Source: an uncultured Clostridia bacterium (GTDB lineage Bacteria; Bacillota; Clostridia; Oscillospirales; Acutalibacteraceae). Taken from it: a stretch of 64,000 nt of DNA. The notes beneath the pieces are model-generated. The model was not told the DNA's origin. It searched no databases and worked only from the letters and a program-made list of their open reading frames with translations. Where the stretch lies: contig CALCYI010000002.1 of NCBI GenBank assembly GCA_937907605.1, positions 48,852 through 112,851 on the forward strand, read 5' to 3'. Made by a program: the position numbers and the translations under genes. Shown in pieces: positions 1-9,208 of this stretch; position 1 is the first letter of the stretch, and every line of letters starts with the position of its first letter.

Positions 1-1631
1 GCGTTAACATACTTCGAATTCATTGCTTCGGTTTTTGTTTTCCATGTGGAAGTGCCTTTTTTTCTTACTTGAACGCCAACCTTTTTAATTGTTACCTTAC
101 TCGGATTATTGGCGGTAAAGTTAATCTGAACGGAATTTTTCGTCAATTTGCTGACGGTTTTAACACTAACTGTCGGCAATGTAATGCTTGCTTTTTTTGT
201 TGTCGCTTTTGTTGTTGAAGACTGCGAACCTGTGGAATTTGTTGTAGCTACTGAATTGTTCGAAGTACTGCTGTTATAAGGAATGCCTAAATAAGCGTAT
301 AAATCCCTATCGCTTATTTTATCTAAATCAATAGTACTAACAGAAGCGAATGTAAACACATCAGTAACATCAACAAAATAGAATTTTTGGTTTTCACCAT
401 TGCCAAAATAATACTGTTGGATTCTAGTATTAACATCCTTCTTTGCGCCAACGCAATCTAAAACTCTACCCGTGTTTTTTGACTGAATGACAAACTGGTT
501 TCCTCTTTTAATTATGCTAAAATACTGTGCGCCAGCATTACCAGAAGCATACAGTTGAAGCGCTGCGCCACAATCATATTTACTCTTCACAGCGTAATTT
601 GAATCCATATCTAATGCCAAGTCAGGATTGTCAGCAAGTACAAATTTATAACAACCATCCTCACCTGCCGCTGCGACCTTAAACAGCTGTTTGCTATCCA
701 GGGAATTCTTTTGGAGCGTAATGGAAGCACGATTTGAAGCAGAAGACGCTTGGAGAACCTTCTTTGAGTAAGGGTTCAATATTTTATAAATATGTCCCTT
801 TTGGAGAATACCGGTGGGACTCTTTTCCCAGTGAGCAAAAAGGGTAATATTAGTTAGTTGAGAACTTGTACCATACCATTTGCCGCCACTTTTAGCATCA
901 TACCACCCAACAAAGGTATAGCCCGCTCTCGTAGCACTCGGAATATTACGTCCCAAGGTTTTCCCGGGATTAATCTTTAAACTTGTGCAACTTACCGTTC
1001 CGCCGTTACCGTCAAATTTGACAGTCAAGTAGTCCTCATAATTAAAAATACACTTTTTACTTGTTATATCATTATTACAATAATTCTTAAAAGGTTTATC
1101 TTTATTTATTTCAAAATGTGCATGAGCTCCAAACGAATAGCCCCTGTCGCCAACCGTACCTAAATATGTACCCTTTTTAATCGTTTGGCCTTTTTTTACT
1201 TCTCCCGAAACCGACCCCATATGTGCATATTGCATATAGTACGTCTTATTGTTAATCTTGCATTTAATAATTACGCCATTACCCAGACCGTAATTGCAAG
1301 TCCCCTTATAAGTTGTCTCTTTATGTTTATGATTGGGCTTGCATTTTTTCTTATGATTGCCTTCAGCGTTTGTATTACAACCCCTATATACATCATAAAC
1401 TACTCCGTCATAAGCAGCATACCATAACTGTCCCTTTTCGGCTTTTATATCAATGCCATGATGTTTGCCATGATGTGTTGAGATTGTTTTTAATGGTTCG
1501 TGAGTGTTTTTATCTCGCACTGGCCACAGAAGCGTAGCTACCTTTGTTGCAGCTTGTGTCTGAATAGTCATACCGCCAAGCACACTGAACAGCATCAGTA
1601 GTGATAAAAATATACTTATTGTTCTTTTCAT
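1..1631 (-). CDS. Secreted M23 family metallopeptidase with ricin-type lectin-like repeats; C-terminus lies beyond the window edge
   Basis: Own minus-strand translation from ATG at 1631 (AAAGGAG 9 nt upstream): signal peptide MKRTISIFLSLLMLFSVLGG, then M23 zinc motifs HHGIDI (HxxxD) and AHAHFE (HxH). The frame stays open to position 1, which is why it is missing from the ORF track. Confidence 0.6.
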   Translation of the reverse strand, partial: MKRTISIFLSLLMLFSVLGGMTIQTQAATKVATLLWPVRDKNTHEPLKTISTHHGKHHGIDIKAEKGQLWYAAYDGVVYDVYRGCNTNAEGNHKKKCKPNHKHKETTYKGTCNYGLGNGVIIKCKINNKTYYMQYAHMGSVSGEVKKGQTIKKGTYLGTVGDRGYSFGAHAHFEINKDKPFKNYCNNDITSKKCIFNYEDYLTVKFDGNGGTVSCTSLKINPGKTLGRNIPSATRAGYTFVGWYDAKSGGKWYGTSSQLTNITLFAHWEKSPTGILQKGHIYKILNPYSKKVLQASSASNRASITLQKNSLDSKQLFKVAAAGEDGCYKFVLADNPDLALDMDSNYAVKSKYDCGAALQLYASGNAGAQYFSIIKRGNQFVIQSKNTGRVLDCVGAKKDVNTRIQQYYFGNGENQKFYFVDVTDVFTFASVSTIDLDKISDRDLYAYLGIPYNSSTSNNSVATTNSTGSQSSTTKATTKKASITLPTVSVKTVSKLTKNSVQINFTANNPSKVTIKKVGVQVRKKGTSTWKTKTEAMNSKYVN

Positions 1632-1683
1632 TCTTCATACTCCTTTACAAAACACTTAAAACATTAATCGTATATATACAATT

Positions 1684-1723
1684 ATAGATAATATTTATCT
1701 ATTTGTCAATAGATAAAATCTAT
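1684..1723. promoter_or_regulatory. Two palindromic operator-like sites sharing the half-site ATAGAT
   Basis: Read directly: ATAGATAA-TAT-TTATCTAT (1684-1702) and ATAGAT-AAA-ATCTAT (1709-1723). They lie in the divergent region between the peptidase start and the XRE regulator start. Confidence 0.4.
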
Positions 1724-1743
1724 CTAAGGTATAATAATACAGG

Positions 1744-1965
1744 GTGATGATTATAAAGACGCGCATTAAGGATTTAAGAATTGACAACGATTTAACTCAA
1801 TCGCAGGTCGCTGAGGCAATCGGCATAACTCAGCGAAAATATAGTTATCTTGAAACCGAAATACAGCCTCTGACTGATGAAATTATATGTCGCTTATCTT
1901 TCTTCTACAAGGTAAGTACAGATTATTTATTGGGATTAACTAATAATCCGAAAAGACAACAGTAA
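1744..1965 (+). CDS. XRE-family helix-turn-helix transcriptional regulator (73 aa)
   Basis: LTQSQVAEAIGITQRKYSYLE is a typical HTH_3 core. The C-terminal DYLLGLTN motif is common in this family. Confidence 0.75.
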   Translation: MMIIKTRIKDLRIDNDLTQSQVAEAIGITQRKYSYLETEIQPLTDEIICRLSFFYKVSTDYLLGLTNNPKRQQ

Positions 1966-1966
1966 A

Positions 1967-1996
1967 CCGCCGCGGAATTAAGTCCGTGGCGGTTTT
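1967..1996 (+). terminator. Rho-independent terminator
   Basis: CCGCCGCGG-loop-CCGTGGCGG stem followed by TTTT. Confidence 0.55.
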
Positions 1997-2007
1997 GTTC
2001 TGTTGTT

Positions 2008-2805
2008 TTATTTTGCTAAATCTCCGACTATCATCATATAGTCGCCTATCTGTACGCCGAACTCCGGTCCGCCCTCCATCATAAGCTGCTGGTCTGCAGT
2101 CATCTGGAACATATCGCCCGTGCCGAGCAGTATCTTAAGCGCGGAGGTGGGACAGTCAAACTTCATACAGAAGAAGGGCTTAGCCCTCTTGTATTCTCCC
2201 CTGCCCGCTCTTGATTTACCCGCTTTTATACGGATATACGCGGTACACTCGGGGTGACCTACAACCTCCCACTGATAGCAGCGGTCGGGGGACTTAAGAG
2301 TCCACTCGTGGATTGCGGGGTGTCCGAGCTTGTTGAGCTGGGAAATACCCGAGGAAAGCAGGTAGAAATAGAGCTTACACAGAAGCACCGAGGTCGTCTC
2401 GTCATTCTCGGGCGGCTCTTTTATATTAAGTAGGTTGCTCATTTTAAGCAGAACCTGCATAAACTTTAAGAACTTGCCGAGATTTTTAATCTTGAACTTC
2501 GGCAGCTTAGCCATATTGCCCTTCATAAAGTCGTTCATCTTTTCCATTGATGAAAACGCAAGCTCCCCGTCGATTTTTCCCTGTCCGAGATACTCGCCGA
2601 GCTTAACCCTCCACTCCCCGTTTTCAACGATAAAGTGAACGGCTTCCTTTTCCTCTGCGTTTACCTTAGCGGATACCTGATAGATTGCATTAACGCCCTC
2701 AAACTTTTTCTTAAGCTCGGGAACGTCGGTCGCAATTGTTTTCATAAGAGGCAGCGCACCTGCCATAAAAACTTTATTCGCATAACGAACTTCATCAGTT
2801 GGCAC
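2008..2805 (-). CDS. Tandem SCP2 (sterol-carrier-like) domain protein, function unknown
   Basis: The C-terminal half (FDCPTSALKILLGTGDMFQMTADQQLMMEGGPEF) resembles the SCP2 fold signature, and the N-terminal half is similar. It is the last gene of the operon with the transketolase subunits. Confidence 0.45.
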   Translation of the reverse strand: MPTDEVRYANKVFMAGALPLMKTIATDVPELKKKFEGVNAIYQVSAKVNAEEKEAVHFIVENGEWRVKLGEYLGQGKIDGELAFSSMEKMNDFMKGNMAKLPKFKIKNLGKFLKFMQVLLKMSNLLNIKEPPENDETTSVLLCKLYFYLLSSGISQLNKLGHPAIHEWTLKSPDRCYQWEVVGHPECTAYIRIKAGKSRAGRGEYKRAKPFFCMKFDCPTSALKILLGTGDMFQMTADQQLMMEGGPEFGVQIGDYMMIVGDLAK

Positions 2806-2822
2806 AGCAAAAGCCTCCTTTC

Positions 2823-3833
2823 TTAGAATTCGTCATCCCACGCGTCGTCGGCTTCGAAGTCAGCGTGCATTACTTCGCTTATTGCCTCTGCAATACCGTT
2901 TGCGTCAATCTTAGCAAGGGCAAGGAGATCCTCCTGAAGTCCGATCGTTGAGAAGTCGTTATCGTGACCAAGCATCTTAAATGCGCAAGCCTTACCGCTC
3001 TTTGCGACTACCTCTGCAACCGCTGAGCCGAGACCGCCCTGAATTTCGTGGTCCTCAACCGTGATAATACGGCGGGTGTCCATAACTGCGTTTAATACAG
3101 CCTCCTCGTCAATGGGCTTAATCGTGTGCATATTAAGTACTCTTACCTTAATACCCGCGTCAGCCTCTACCATTCTTGCAGCCTGCATAGCCTCGAATAC
3201 GCAGGAGCCGCAGGCGATAACGGTAATATCTGTACCCTCGTTCATAACGGAAGCCTTATTCCATTCGAACTTGCAGTCTTCAACGTTCTTGTAAATAACC
3301 TGGTCAAAGCCCCTGTTGATACGGATATATACGGGACCCGGGATATCGTAAGCCGCCTTAACGGCGTGATATGTTTCAGAGCCGTCGCACGGACAGATAA
3401 CCGTCATATGCGGAAGCGCCCTCATACACGTCATATCAATAAGGCTGTGGTGGGTTGAGCCCGCCTGACCGAAGGAGGTTCCCGCATGGGTTGCGATAAT
3501 CTTAACGGGTACGTTCTGATAACAGATATCGGTATGAATCTGGTCAAGCGAACGCGCCGCAGCGAAAATAGCAAAGGTTGAAGCAAACGGAACGAGACCG
3601 TTTTTCGCCATACCTGCCGCAACCGCGAAAAGATTCTGCTCCGCAATACCTACGTTTACGAATCTCTCCGGGAATTTTTCGCCGAACATACCGATTTTAG
3701 TTGATTTTGCAAGGTCAGCCGTAAGGGCTACAACGTCCTTATGCTCTTCGCCGAGCTCACAAAGCGCAATACCGTAACACTCCGCCGTTGAGAGCTTGGT
3801 TGTATCAGTCATTGTATATGTCATACCGCCCAT
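2823..3833 (-). CDS. Transketolase, C-terminal (pyrimidine-binding) subunit
   Basis: GIAEQNLFAVAAGMA and AGSTHHSLIDMTCMRALP are typical split-transketolase motifs. AGGAGG lies 7 nt upstream of the ATG at 3833. Confidence 0.85.
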   Translation of the reverse strand: MGGMTYTMTDTTKLSTAECYGIALCELGEEHKDVVALTADLAKSTKIGMFGEKFPERFVNVGIAEQNLFAVAAGMAKNGLVPFASTFAIFAAARSLDQIHTDICYQNVPVKIIATHAGTSFGQAGSTHHSLIDMTCMRALPHMTVICPCDGSETYHAVKAAYDIPGPVYIRINRGFDQVIYKNVEDCKFEWNKASVMNEGTDITVIACGSCVFEAMQAARMVEADAGIKVRVLNMHTIKPIDEEAVLNAVMDTRRIITVEDHEIQGGLGSAVAEVVAKSGKACAFKMLGHDNDFSTIGLQEDLLALAKIDANGIAEAISEVMHADFEADDAWDDEF

Positions 3834-3835
3834 AA

Positions 3836-4729
3836 TTACGCCTCCTTTTCAACGCGTGCTACACGTTCCTCATAGTATTTATCGAGTGACGCATACGCCG
3901 TCTTTGCTTTTTCCTCGTCGAGCGAGCCGTAGTGCCACAGGTAATTATCCTGCATAAAGTCTACGCCTGCGCCCTTGAAGGTATCCATAACGATACAGGT
4001 GGGCTTGTCGCCGCCGTCCTGGTGATTCTTAATAGCAGCCTCGATAGCGTCGTTGAGCTCCTTCATATTGTGTCCGTCAACCCTGCAAACGTTGAAGCCG
4101 AACGCCTCGAACTTCTTGTCAACGGGCTCAATGCTCATCTCGTCAACAACCCTGCCGTCAATCATACACTTGTTGTTATCAACCATAACGACGATATTTG
4201 AAAGCTTGAACTGAGCCGCGCTCATTGCAGCCTCCCAGTTTGAGCCCTCGTTAAGCTCGCCGTCGCCCGTGATAACGTAGTTCATATAGTCAATTCCGTT
4301 TACTCTTCCCGCAAGGGCAAAGCCAACCGCAAGCGAGATACCGTGGCCGAGAGAGCCGGTTGAAAACTCGCAGCCGTTAACCTTATTCGAGTCAAGGTGC
4401 ATACCTATTTTTGCGCCCGTAAGGTTAAAGATATGAAGCTCCTCCTCGGGCATATAGCCGAAGTCAACGAGCACGGGGGCATAACCTACCGCGGCGTGTC
4501 CCTTGGAAAGAACGAAACGGTCCCTATCGGGCATTTTTGAATCGTTGGGGTCAAGCTTCATAAAACGGTGATAAAGTATGGTCATAGCGTCCATACATGA
4601 CAGCGCACCTCCGAGGTGACCTGAGCCGCCCCAAATTGAAGTCTGAATTGTAAGTCTTCTAAGCTGGTCTGCCTTTTTTTCAAGGCGCAGCCATTCCGCC
4701 TTGTCAAACGGTTTGAAATCTGCAGGCAT
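3836..4729 (-). CDS. Transketolase, N-terminal (thiamine-diphosphate-binding) subunit
   Basis: GHLGGALS, SKGHAA and the GDGELNEGSNWEA ThDP-binding motif. Confidence 0.85.
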   Translation of the reverse strand: MPADFKPFDKAEWLRLEKKADQLRRLTIQTSIWGGSGHLGGALSCMDAMTILYHRFMKLDPNDSKMPDRDRFVLSKGHAAVGYAPVLVDFGYMPEEELHIFNLTGAKIGMHLDSNKVNGCEFSTGSLGHGISLAVGFALAGRVNGIDYMNYVITGDGELNEGSNWEAAMSAAQFKLSNIVVMVDNNKCMIDGRVVDEMSIEPVDKKFEAFGFNVCRVDGHNMKELNDAIEAAIKNHQDGGDKPTCIVMDTFKGAGVDFMQDNYLWHYGSLDEEKAKTAYASLDKYYEERVARVEKEA

Positions 4730-4754
4730 ATAATTTACTCCTTCCTTTCGTAAA

Positions 4755-4838
4755 AATTATGAATTATGAGTTATGAATTATTTTGGGTGTGGGCTTGCCC
4801 ACCGTTAATTCATCATTCATCATTCAACATTCATAACT
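4755..4838. repeat. Two opposed tandem heptamer arrays flanking a GC hairpin
   Basis: ATTATGA/GTTATGA units (4756-4780), hairpin GGGTGTGGGC-TTGC-CCACC, then ATCATTC/AACATTC units (4808-4838), which are the inverse complement of the left array. The structure abuts the stop codon at 4840. Confidence 0.7.
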
Positions 4839-4839
4839 A

Positions 4840-6111
4840 TTATTTTAGCCCTAAATCCTGATGACGTTCAGCAACTACGCCGAAAGCGTCATCGGCAATA
4901 TCAATTGCAAGCGCAATATCCTCATCGGTGAGCGATGCGTTAATAAAGTGGTTATGGTGCGACGCGAGGAAGAGTCCCCTGCTCACGCACTCGGCAACCC
5001 ATTCCTGATGAAGCATTAAGCTGTCGTCGTTGGCTATTCTGAGGTAGAACAGCGCGGGCTCGCCCGAAACGACGAGGTCGAAGCCGTGCTCCCTACCCGC
5101 AGCCTTAAGACCGTCGGTGAGCTTAATGCCTTTTTCCCTGAACATCGTGGGAACGTCAAGCCTCTTGAGCTTGGGTATACACGCAAGGCAGGCGGCGAAC
5201 GGCTCAGCGCTGAGCCAGTAGGAGCCTGTGTAAACGACGGAGGAAGCGGTATTTTTCATATGCTCACCGCCGCATACAGCGGACATATTATAGCCGTTTG
5301 CAAGCGCTTTACAGAAGCAGATTAAATCAGCCTTGAAGCCGTAATAATGGTCGCTTCCCTGAATGTCAAGACGGAAACCCGTCCTTACGTCATCTATAAT
5401 GAGCACCATACCGTGCTCGTCGCAGAACTTGCGTACCGCAGCCCACTGCTCTTTAGTAGCGCAAACGTTATCGTAGAAATTGCCGTGGTCGTAAGGCTGC
5501 GCGATAAGACCCGCAACGTCGCCGCCGCACTCGTCGTATGCAGCCTGCATAGCGTCAATGTCAAACCACGGAACGATAATGTTATTTGCAACCTCCTCGG
5601 GCATAATTCCGGGATAGTCAGCCTTCTGGCACCACTGGAAATCGCCGTGGTAATAGCCGCGGAAGAACATAATCTTTTTCTTACCCGTATGAGCGCGGGC
5701 GCACATAACGGAGAAGGTGGTCGCGTCGGAGCCGTTTTTCATAAAGAACGCCCAGTCAGCCGAAGCGACGGTATCCTTAAGAAGCTCGGCGCACTCTACC
5801 ATCTTGTACGAAGGAGAGGTGGTGCAGTTACCGATACGGAGCTGCTCCATAGCAGCCTTGTCAACGTCGTCGTCGCAATAGCCGAGCACGTTAGGACCGT
5901 AGGCGCACATCATATCGAGGTATTTATTGCCGTCAACGTCCCAGAAGTACGTACCTTTTGCGTGGTCGCCCATAAGCGGCCACTTAGTTATCGGGAGCCA
6001 TAAGCCCTCGGAGGGACCGAGGTGACCGTAGATACCCGAGGGAACGGCGGCGAGAGCTCTGTCAAACCATTCTCTTGACTTTTCGTGTGTGTATTCAGGA
6101 TACTTACTCAT
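4840..6111 (-). CDS. Class-III (PLP) aminotransferase, glutamate-1-semialdehyde aminomutase-like
   Basis: GSDATT, LIIDDVRTGFR and the DLICFCKALANGY PLP-lysine region; 423 aa. Confidence 0.75.
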   Translation of the reverse strand: MSKYPEYTHEKSREWFDRALAAVPSGIYGHLGPSEGLWLPITKWPLMGDHAKGTYFWDVDGNKYLDMMCAYGPNVLGYCDDDVDKAAMEQLRIGNCTTSPSYKMVECAELLKDTVASADWAFFMKNGSDATTFSVMCARAHTGKKKIMFFRGYYHGDFQWCQKADYPGIMPEEVANNIIVPWFDIDAMQAAYDECGGDVAGLIAQPYDHGNFYDNVCATKEQWAAVRKFCDEHGMVLIIDDVRTGFRLDIQGSDHYYGFKADLICFCKALANGYNMSAVCGGEHMKNTASSVVYTGSYWLSAEPFAACLACIPKLKRLDVPTMFREKGIKLTDGLKAAGREHGFDLVVSGEPALFYLRIANDDSLMLHQEWVAECVSRGLFLASHHNHFINASLTDEDIALAIDIADDAFGVVAERHQDLGLK

Positions 6112-6123
6112 AGCTCTCCCCCC

Positions 6124-6888
6124 TTATCCTAAGTATACCGCAACTCTATCGAGAATACGGTTAATGTTATCAATCATATTAATCATACCGCTCATATAGA
6201 TATTGCCCGCGCAGAGCTCAGCCATAGTGGAAGCGGTACCGTTAAAGAGTCCGTTTGCAAGGTCAATTGACTTAAACTCCATAACCGCCCTTGGAGTCGA
6301 CGCCTTTTCCTTAATAAGCTCAAGCCTGTGGTCGCGGCAGCGGATGGTTACGTAAACCGCGTCGGTAATACCCATCTGAACGTCGCCGTCAACTATGTAA
6401 GACGCTGAAAGACGGCTGATTGAATCCTCGTTTGCGAGCGCGCAGATTGCTCCGCCTATGGTGTACATAGTCAAAATCGTCGATTTTTCAAAAAAGGTTC
6501 TGTCCTTTAAGTCCTCCTCACTTGGCATAAGATACTTTGTGAGAATATCCGTAAGCTTTGTAAACGGACCGAGCAGGAAGGTCAATACCTGCACGGGATT
6601 TTTAGTCGGTATACCCGGCTTTGAATTGTCAATCAAATCGTTGAACTTTTCGGGAGATGCGAATTTCATTTTGCAGGTGCAGCCGTAATCGCCCTCGGTA
6701 AACTTGCAGCCGTTTTTGCTGAAATGATACGTAACGCAGGGACCGTCCGTAACCTCAAAGCAAAGCGCAACGGGTTTCTTGAGCGACTCGCAGACCGCCT
6801 TAGCCTCGTCAACCGTCTCGCAAAGGTTCTCAAGAGTTCTGAGAACGCCGTAAGCGTTAACGAAAGCAAGTGCTCTGGCTTCCTTCAT
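6124..6888 (-). CDS. Tandem SCP2-like domain protein, paralogous in architecture to 2008-2805
   Basis: The C-terminal MEFKSIDLANGLFNGTASTMAELCAGNIYMSGMINMIDN is SCP2-like. Start moved to ATG 6888 (AAGGAGG 6 nt upstream) instead of the track start 6927. Confidence 0.45.
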   Translation of the reverse strand: MKEARALAFVNAYGVLRTLENLCETVDEAKAVCESLKKPVALCFEVTDGPCVTYHFSKNGCKFTEGDYGCTCKMKFASPEKFNDLIDNSKPGIPTKNPVQVLTFLLGPFTKLTDILTKYLMPSEEDLKDRTFFEKSTILTMYTIGGAICALANEDSISRLSASYIVDGDVQMGITDAVYVTIRCRDHRLELIKEKASTPRAVMEFKSIDLANGLFNGTASTMAELCAGNIYMSGMINMIDNINRILDRVAVYLG

Positions 6889-7107
6889 AAATTTCCTCCT
6901 TTTCGCCTTTGTGTAAAATCTGCACAAAAACGGATATATTTAACAAAAAAATTATAACATAATATATAAATAATAGCAATAACAAATCTGTGACAAATAA
7001 ATAATCTAAACTCCCAATATATGTATAATAACCCATTATTTGTGCGTTGAAAGTAAGACTGCATAGGTGTTATTATGAAGGCACCATAGAAAAAGGAGTT
7101 GACATTT

Positions 7108-7941
7108 ATGGTAAAAAACAAAAAGACGGTATCGGTGATTCTGTCACTGCTGATGTTGATTTCTCTGATTTCGGGAGCGACTGCAACAAAAGCAGCGTCG
7201 TATAAGACCGTAGAGGGAAACTACAATTATTCATACGCCTCCGAGGTGCTCACCCTCGTCAACAGCGAGAGGGCGAAGAACGGCTTACAGCCTCTTACGA
7301 TGACGCAAGGGCTCACGGACGGAGCAATGCTTCGCGCGGCTGAAACGGCGGTAAGCTTTTCGCATACAAGACCGAACGGAGAGCAGTGCTTCACGGCGTT
7401 TGAATGGACCCGTACCGCGGGCGAAAATATTGCCTACGGTCAGCGCTCTCCCGCTCAGGTTATGAACGGCTGGATGAATTCAAGCGGTCACAGGGCGAAC
7501 ATACTTAATTCAAGCTTTACGACTATCGGTATAGGCTGCTTTGAGTACGGCGGCACGCTCTACTGGGCACAGGCGTTCAGCGGCGGCAGCGGAAGCTCAT
7601 ATTCAGCCTCGGGCAAAAAGGCTGTAAGGGTTGAAGTAAGCTTAACCGCAGGCTCGGAATCTAAGGTAAGCTTTATAAACGGCGACACTGCCTCAACCAC
7701 TGCTCAGCAGACAACGACGAAGTCCTCGACGACAAAGGAGAGCACGACAAAAGCTCCGACCACGAAGGCTCCGACTACGAAAGCGCCGTCAACGACTAAG
7801 CAGCCCACGACGAAAGCCGAAACCACAAATCAAGAAACAACAACCGCAGCCTCAACGACGAAAAAGACTACGGTTAATAAAAAAGGAATAAGAGGTGTAT
7901 TTTCAAGGATAAGATATTATATTACGTACCTTTTCAAATAA
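7108..7941 (+). CDS. Secreted CAP/SCP (PR-1, YkwD-like) domain protein with Thr/Lys-rich tail
   Basis: Signal peptide, then GENIAYG and MNSSGHRANILN CAP motifs, and (TTKAP)n repeats. AAGGAG lies upstream of ATG 7108. Confidence 0.75.
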   Translation: MVKNKKTVSVILSLLMLISLISGATATKAASYKTVEGNYNYSYASEVLTLVNSERAKNGLQPLTMTQGLTDGAMLRAAETAVSFSHTRPNGEQCFTAFEWTRTAGENIAYGQRSPAQVMNGWMNSSGHRANILNSSFTTIGIGCFEYGGTLYWAQAFSGGSGSSYSASGKKAVRVEVSLTAGSESKVSFINGDTASTTAQQTTTKSSTTKESTTKAPTTKAPTTKAPSTTKQPTTKAETTNQETTTAASTTKKTTVNKKGIRGVFSRIRYYITYLFK

Positions 7942-8002
7942 GCTAAGCTTTAAACCTTAACGCTTAAAGCTTAAAGCTTAAACCTGAAACCTGAAACCTG
8001 AA
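7940..8002. repeat. Tandem heptamer array (CTTAAAG/CTTAAAC then CTGAAAC x3)
   Basis: Read directly. It starts at the TAA stop (7939-7941) and ends at the terminator hairpin. Confidence 0.7.
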
Positions 8003-8005
8003 AAA

Positions 8006-8034
8006 GAGGACTGACTTCCGTCAGCCCTCTTTTG
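8006..8034. terminator. Bidirectional rho-independent terminator
   Basis: GAGGACTGAC-TTCC-GTCAGCCCTC stem flanked by an A-run and a T-run, between convergent genes. Confidence 0.6.
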
Positions 8035-8036
8035 CT

Positions 8037-8696
8037 TTACTTTCTGCCCTTATAGTCTTCTTCTATGCTCTCGCACCAATCCGCACTCAGCGGAGCGCAG
8101 GCTCTCATTTTGCTTACGGCTCCTGCCACTGCATTGTACACAACACTTGTGCCCTTTTTGTCCGCACGATAGTCCACCGCTCTGTCGGAGTCGATACCGA
8201 AATGGGACGCGGTTTCAACGGCGTCGATATTCGCGCCGATAAAGAGGAACTCCCAGCCGTGCTTTTCCTTCTGCTCTGAAATCATTTTCTTCACCTGTGC
8301 GGAGGAGAACTCCTTGCTTGCGTTTTCCATGCCGTCGGTGATGATTACGAACATCGTGTTTTCGGGCACGTCCTCTTTCCTTGCGTACCTGTGGATTTTT
8401 GAGATATGGTTTACCGTGAGACCGATAGCGTCAATCAGCGCCGTACAGCCCCTTACCTCGTAGTCCTTTTCAGTAAGCGGCTCAATGCTTTCGAGCGAAG
8501 CCCTGTCGTGAAGGGTTAACAGCTCGTGGTCAAAGAGTACGGTGGTAACATAGCACTTCCCGTCCTGTTTTTTCTGCTTTTCAATAAGCGAGTTGAAGCC
8601 GCCTATCGTGTCGCTCTCAAGTCCCGCCATGGAGCCTGAGCGGTCAAGAATGAATACGAGCTCGGTAATACCGTTTTTAATCTTGTTTTCTTTCAT
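8037..8696 (-). CDS. von Willebrand factor type A (vWA) domain protein
   Basis: VFILDRSGSM MIDAS motif (DxSxS) and ITDGMEN. Confidence 0.7.
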   Translation of the reverse strand: MKENKIKNGITELVFILDRSGSMAGLESDTIGGFNSLIEKQKKQDGKCYVTTVLFDHELLTLHDRASLESIEPLTEKDYEVRGCTALIDAIGLTVNHISKIHRYARKEDVPENTMFVIITDGMENASKEFSSAQVKKMISEQKEKHGWEFLFIGANIDAVETASHFGIDSDRAVDYRADKKGTSVVYNAVAGAVSKMRACAPLSADWCESIEEDYKGRK

Positions 8697-8801
8697 AATA
8701 ATCTCTCCTTATAAAAAATAATGTGACTGCTTGGTTTTTCAACCTTACAGCCACATTATAGCTCGTATAAATTCACTTTTGGTCGCCTGCCATGCGACAA
8801 A

Positions 8802-9131
8802 TTACTTTAAATATTTAATGAGCTCAAGCGCCGCGTTAGTATCGCCCTCAACGCTGATTTTACCCGTTGTGAAAGCGTTCACGGGGTCGAGCTTGCCGTT
8901 AATGAGCTTAATGAAATTAGTCGGGTTAACGTGGATAATTGCGTTCCTGTCATAATATTCATAGGGCTCAACGTGAACTTTTCCGTCCTTGATTTCGATA
9001 TAGAAAATACCGTTCGTGCTCCTGCCCTCGATATTAATCTGAAAAGCTCTCACGCCCGAAACGGACGACACGTCAAGGGGAAGGAACTTGTCCCTTGCAG
9101 CCTCAACGATTGCCTCATACGTCATAGCCAT
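8802..9131 (-). CDS. SCP2 sterol-binding domain protein (109 aa)
   Basis: INPTNFIKLINGKLDPVNAFTTGKISVEGDTNAALEL is a canonical SCP2 C-terminal signature. Confidence 0.7.
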   Translation of the reverse strand: MAMTYEAIVEAARDKFLPLDVSSVSGVRAFQINIEGRSTNGIFYIEIKDGKVHVEPYEYYDRNAIIHVNPTNFIKLINGKLDPVNAFTTGKISVEGDTNAALELIKYLK

Positions 9132-9208
9132 AAGTCATTACCTCCTGTTAAAATTTTAGTAATTCTAACATAACAAGGGAATAATATCAAGAGAAAAATG
9201 ACGAATTT

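Noticed and set aside
5347-6003. 218-aa plus-strand ORF, with similar long antisense ORFs at 13649-14314, 16192-16716, 17869-18561, 32297-32965, 44210-44950, 40254-40787 and 61766-62242.
   Set aside because: Each lies entirely inside a well-supported gene on the opposite strand. They have Arg/Ser/Val-rich low-complexity composition and no RBS. They are shadow ORFs typical of this codon bias.
7720-7830. Tandem DNA repeats inside the CAP-domain gene.
   Set aside because: They simply encode the Thr/Lys/Pro-rich (TTKAP)n linker. This is ordinary low-complexity coding sequence.
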